DNA of 64,000 bases from Parcubacteria bacterium C7867-008. GTDB lineage: Bacteria; Patescibacteriota; Minisyncoccia; Phycocordibacterales; Phycocordibacteraceae. The position numbers and the translations under genes are program-made. The notes under the pieces were generated by a model. It had not been told where the DNA came from and made no database searches. It worked only from the letters and a program-made list of their open reading frames with translations. Location: the NCBI GenBank assembly GCA_001189215.1, contig LFCR01000006.1, positions 840 to 64,839 of the forward strand. The letters run 5' to 3'. Of the stretch, positions 60,386 to 64,000 are shown piece by piece (position 1 is the stretch's first letter; the number at the start of each line of letters is the position of its first letter).

Positions 60386-60505
60386 GACAATTTAAGTATC
60401 TTTTAAAGATTAATTATCCGAAATAGAACTATTAGCAAAATAAATTAAATTTAAATTTTTACTGAAGAAAATATTTTGCATAAATTGCTGCTCATATATA
60501 AGGTT

Positions 60506-60985
60506 TCAATGTTTCTTTACAATCCTCCACTCTCTCCAAATAAAATACATAACCACAATATCAAAGAGGGTAATGGCAATAACCGCTATCGAATGCTGTG
60601 TAGCAATTTGATAAAACTGATACACAAGGAACCCAGACAACACCACTAATGATGCTGGATATGCCCACAGCCAATTCTTCAGAAGCGCACCAATGAGCAC
60701 TGATTTAATAAGACCACGTGAGAGTAGGTAAATAGCAAGAAAGAGGGCAGTGCCGGCACCATATGCTCCTATCTCAGAAACGAGATGTTCATGAATATAG
60801 GGGATTGATGATGTGGTCTCAATAAGGAGTGACAAAAGTGAGATAAACAGGCTGGTAGGGATAATGAGGAGAAATATACCCACGATCACCTCTGCAACAG
60901 AGATTGCGCCCTTTAATAGGACGCTTATAAGAAAGAATTCGTATATCTGTTTCTCTTCTGCAGGGCTTTCCACAGTGGGCTCCAT
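60506..60985 (-). CDS. DUF2127-like membrane protein
   Basis: SVLLKG...E, YLLSRGLIK, WAYP, FDIVV...WREW. Confidence 0.75.
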   Translation of the reverse strand: MEPTVESPAEEKQIYEFFLISVLLKGAISVAEVIVGIFLLIIPTSLFISLLSLLIETTSSIPYIHEHLVSEIGAYGAGTALFLAIYLLSRGLIKSVLIGALLKNWLWAYPASLVVLSGFLVYQFYQIATQHSIAVIAITLFDIVVMYFIWREWRIVKKH

Positions 60986-61005
60986 GGCTGAAGTATACTG
61001 TACCC
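60986..61005. promoter_or_regulatory. putative bidirectional leaderless promoter
   Basis: Palindrome AGTATACT gives TATACT on both strands, each exactly 6 nt from a divergent ATG. Confidence 0.6.
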
Positions 61006-62349
61006 ATGCTTCTTCCAACCCGGAGCACTGTGGTACGACCGTACTTCTGGCTCACCATGCTCCTTATAGCAGTGGTGGGAATTGCTGTTTCTGCCTACGT
61101 GTATGCACAGGTAGACACGACGGGACGCAGTCATATTATTGAGCGCGCTAATACGCTTGCCACGGCGATACCGGTTGCTGAACTCCAGGCACTCAGTGGT
61201 TCAAGTGAAGACCTCTATCGTCCTGAATATCAGGTACTCAAGACACTTCTCATGCGCGAGCATGAGGTGAGTTCAGATGTTCGCTTCATATACCTTATTG
61301 GTAAGGCGTCGAATGATGAACTCTTCTTTTATGTAGACTCTGAAGATCCAACGTCAGAAGATTATTCACCGCCAGGTGAGTTCTATCCCGAGGCTACACC
61401 ACTCATGTATGAGTTCTTTTCAAATGGAAAAAGCGCTTCAGAAGGACCAGACCGTGATCGTTGGGGAATCTGGGTCTCTGCTTATGCCCCCGTACGTGAT
61501 GCTAACGGAAACCTTATCGCCATGTTGGGTATGGATGTGCCTGCTGCGCCATACATAACAGACCTTGTGGTATATGCAGCACTGCCACTTCTATTTGCAC
61601 TCCTTATAATTGTCCTTTTGATATCAGATCGCACACGTCGTAGACGTAAGGAGGATGTGCTGGCACAACGTGCCGAATTCCTTTCAATTGCATCTCATCA
61701 GATTCGTACTCCGCTCACCGGTATGCGCTGGGCTCTTGAGCAGCTCCTTGATTCAAAGACCTCGACCTGGAGTGAAGGAGATCGCACCATTCTTTCTCTA
61801 ACACATGAAAGCAGTTCAGATCTTATCGCTCGTGTTAACAATCTCCTTGATGTAACAACGATCGAGCATCGTGGTGGAGTAACCGAACCGAATCAGTCGG
61901 TACTTATGCACCCGCTGTTCGAATCGATTGTTGAAAGTCTTATGCTGAGCGCAAAGCGCAAAGGCATAACAATCACCCTTGATAGCACTCTCCCAAATGA
62001 TCTTGAGATTGTGTGTGACCGTCAGTCAATCCAGCACGTATTCTTTAACCTCATTGGTAACGCAGTGAAATACACCAAACCAGACACAGAGGTGACGGTT
62101 TCATATGGGTGGACACCAGAAGGCCACCAGTTCTCTATACGAGATCGAGGTATGGGTATTGCTGCATCTGAACAGACACTTATCTTCGAGGGATATCATC
62201 GTACACAGCAAGCTATGGAAAGTGGAGAAGCAGGTAGCGGCCTTGGTCTCTATCTAACAAAACAACTCGTAGAACTTCAGCACGGCACCATTAGTGTTCA
62301 TTCAACGGTAGGGGAAGGATCAACCTTCACCGTCACACTCCCGAACTAA
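61006..62349 (+). CDS. sensor histidine kinase with an extracytoplasmic Cache-like domain
   Basis: Two TM helices, DRWG.W.SAYAP, ASHQIRTP, NLIGNAVKY, DRGMGI, GSGLGLY. Confidence 0.92.
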   Translation: MLLPTRSTVVRPYFWLTMLLIAVVGIAVSAYVYAQVDTTGRSHIIERANTLATAIPVAELQALSGSSEDLYRPEYQVLKTLLMREHEVSSDVRFIYLIGKASNDELFFYVDSEDPTSEDYSPPGEFYPEATPLMYEFFSNGKSASEGPDRDRWGIWVSAYAPVRDANGNLIAMLGMDVPAAPYITDLVVYAALPLLFALLIIVLLISDRTRRRRKEDVLAQRAEFLSIASHQIRTPLTGMRWALEQLLDSKTSTWSEGDRTILSLTHESSSDLIARVNNLLDVTTIEHRGGVTEPNQSVLMHPLFESIVESLMLSAKRKGITITLDSTLPNDLEIVCDRQSIQHVFFNLIGNAVKYTKPDTEVTVSYGWTPEGHQFSIRDRGMGIAASEQTLIFEGYHRTQQAMESGEAGSGLGLYLTKQLVELQHGTISVHSTVGEGSTFTVTLPN

Positions 62350-62732
62350 GAATCTGCAGGCTTTGGCTTTGAAAGGTGCTCCTTTATAAGATTCACCACT
62401 GCGGTGATCTGAGGATCAGACTTAATAAGGTATGCGATAACACCACTGTCTGCAGCGCGTGCCACATGTTCCAACTCATTCGAGTTACTTAGTACAACAA
62501 ACGGAGTGGCTGCAAGAGGAGCCATGGTGCGGATTTCTTCCATCATCTCGAGACCACTCTTTTTTGGCATCATCACATCGAGCACCACTGCATCAGGTTT
62601 CTCTGAAAAGTATTTCTCAACTCCTTCCTCACCATCCTGTGCGGTTATAACCTCGAATCCAGATAGTGCGAACTGGTTAGCCAGTACCGTACGCAGGAGA
62701 GTATCGTCTTCAGCGATCAGGATCTTTTTCAT
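62346..62732 (-). CDS. single-domain response regulator
   Basis: ILIAEDD, VLDVMMP, LSN, YLIK. Confidence 0.92.
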   Translation of the reverse strand: MKKILIAEDDTLLRTVLANQFALSGFEVITAQDGEEGVEKYFSEKPDAVVLDVMMPKKSGLEMMEEIRTMAPLAATPFVVLSNSNELEHVARAADSGVIAYLIKSDPQITAVVNLIKEHLSKPKPADS

Positions 62733-62800
62733 GAGCAGAGTATAGCACCAACTAGGTATTCAATTCATGAAAAGGTCAAAATGCTAGAATGATACGTATT

Positions 62801-64000
62801 ATGGTCACAACCGAGGAAGAATCTATCTCATTTCCCGCAAAGCTCCGGATTTTCTGGCGTCACGTTGGCCAGTATAAAGGCGTTCTCATACTGGTCTCGT
62901 TCCTTGGGGTCTTGTCTGCAGTAGCTAATGGTGTGGTTCCGCTTGTGATGGGACGGTTCTTTGATTCCTTGGTACAGACCAGCCAGGTGACACTTCCTGT
63001 GGTAGGTGAAGTAATGAATTGGCAGTTCCTCTTAGGATTGTGGGTGTTCGTGCAACTGGTAGCAAATACTATTGATTGGCTTATTAGTCAGCAGAGTCGT
63101 TCCTTAACAACAACGATTGAAGCACGGTATACCGTGGATGCGTTTAGTCGTCTTCTTAAACTTCCCGTTGGTTTCTTTAAACAGCAGAAGGCAGGTGAGC
63201 TTGTAAACAAGATCAGTCGCACCAGCTCACAAATAGGATGGATACTCGGAAGTGTTCTCATTGGTCTCGCACCTTCATTCCTTTCAATTGTGGTTGGTCT
63301 AGGAATTGTGTTCTGGCTCCGTCCGGTCCTTGCATTGGTGCTGGTAGTTGGACTTCTTTTCTATGGCCTATGCTGGTTCTTCTTCCTACGCCCTGTGGGA
63401 AAGCTTCAAGAAGAATATTTAAAGAAATGGAGTGATGCCTATGGTGAGGTGTATGACTCCTATGCAAACCTCCAGACTGTAAAGCAGTCTGGAGCAGAAT
63501 TCCTTCAAGCTGAGAAAGCGAACGAAGGATTCTTTGGTACCGGTCGCACGGTATGGCTTTGGAACAAGTTGGAATTTGCTTGGAACAATATGAATGCGCT
63601 GCAGCGTATTCTCGTTGTTGCTACCCAGCTCATCATATTCCTCATATCAGTCGCATTCATCACTCGTGGAGAGATGACCATCGGAGAACTTATTACGTTC
63701 AACGCTTATGCAGCATTGGTGTTTGGACCATTCGTACAGCTTGCGAACCAATGGCAGAACGTACAAAACGGTCTCACGGCTGCAGCACAATCTGAAATCA
63801 TCTTCGCAACAGAAACTGAACCGTACGATCCGCCCGATGCCGTAGCACTTGATCCATTTAACGGTTCAGTTGTATTCAATGACGTTCATTTTGCATATGA
63901 AGAAGGGCAACCGGAAATATTAAAGGGCGTCTCTTTCGAAGCAAACCCAGGACAGGTTATTGCATTTGTTGGAGAGACCGGTGCAGGTAAGAGCACTTCT
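62801..64000 (+). CDS. ABC exporter, fused permease and ATPase (MsbA-like), truncated by the window end; absent from the ORF track
   Basis: Read from ATG 62801 (MVTTEEES). TM domain, then FNDVHFAY and Walker A GETGAGKS in frame at 63971. Confidence 0.88.
   Translation, partial: MVTTEEESISFPAKLRIFWRHVGQYKGVLILVSFLGVLSAVANGVVPLVMGRFFDSLVQTSQVTLPVVGEVMNWQFLLGLWVFVQLVANTIDWLISQQSRSLTTTIEARYTVDAFSRLLKLPVGFFKQQKAGELVNKISRTSSQIGWILGSVLIGLAPSFLSIVVGLGIVFWLRPVLALVLVVGLLFYGLCWFFFLRPVGKLQEEYLKKWSDAYGEVYDSYANLQTVKQSGAEFLQAEKANEGFFGTGRTVWLWNKLEFAWNNMNALQRILVVATQLIIFLISVAFITRGEMTIGELITFNAYAALVFGPFVQLANQWQNVQNGLTAAAQSEIIFATETEPYDPPDAVALDPFNGSVVFNDVHFAYEEGQPEILKGVSFEANPGQVIAFVGETGAGKSTS

Overview
This 64 kb window looks like chromosomal DNA of a Patescibacteria (CPR) bacterium, most likely Parcubacteria. 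This is inferred from the pilM-N-O-pilB-receiver-pilT-pilC-pilin-pilD order, the cyo operon, cohesin/dockerin proteins and compact packing. TGA is used as a stop codon (code 11). Core content: recG, amidase, malic enzyme, tRNA-Ser(GCT), a complete type IV pilus locus with four tandem major-type pilins, ligA, gatCA, an initiator-type tRNA-Met, cyoABCDE, two-component genes and a truncated ABC exporter. Two accessory modules lie downstream of tRNA-Met. (1) A lipid-modification cluster: cfa, plsC, SDR, BtaA/DUF3419, UbiA-family, RPH/PPDK-like, GNAT and a polyprenol-kinase-like protein. (2) The best candidate for a new system, 39177-51489: three phage-structural-like genes (the first with a twin-arginine-type signal, the third fused to a lysozyme-like domain), then tatC-tatA, a ~1400-aa repeat fibre ending in a dockerin, and two membrane-anchored cohesin-like proteins. 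Throughout the window a TAnnnT hexamer sits 6-7 nt before start codons, suggesting leaderless mRNAs. This includes a symmetric bidirectional promoter and a leaderless uORF coupled to pilB. All family calls are by eye from motifs; no database searches were run.
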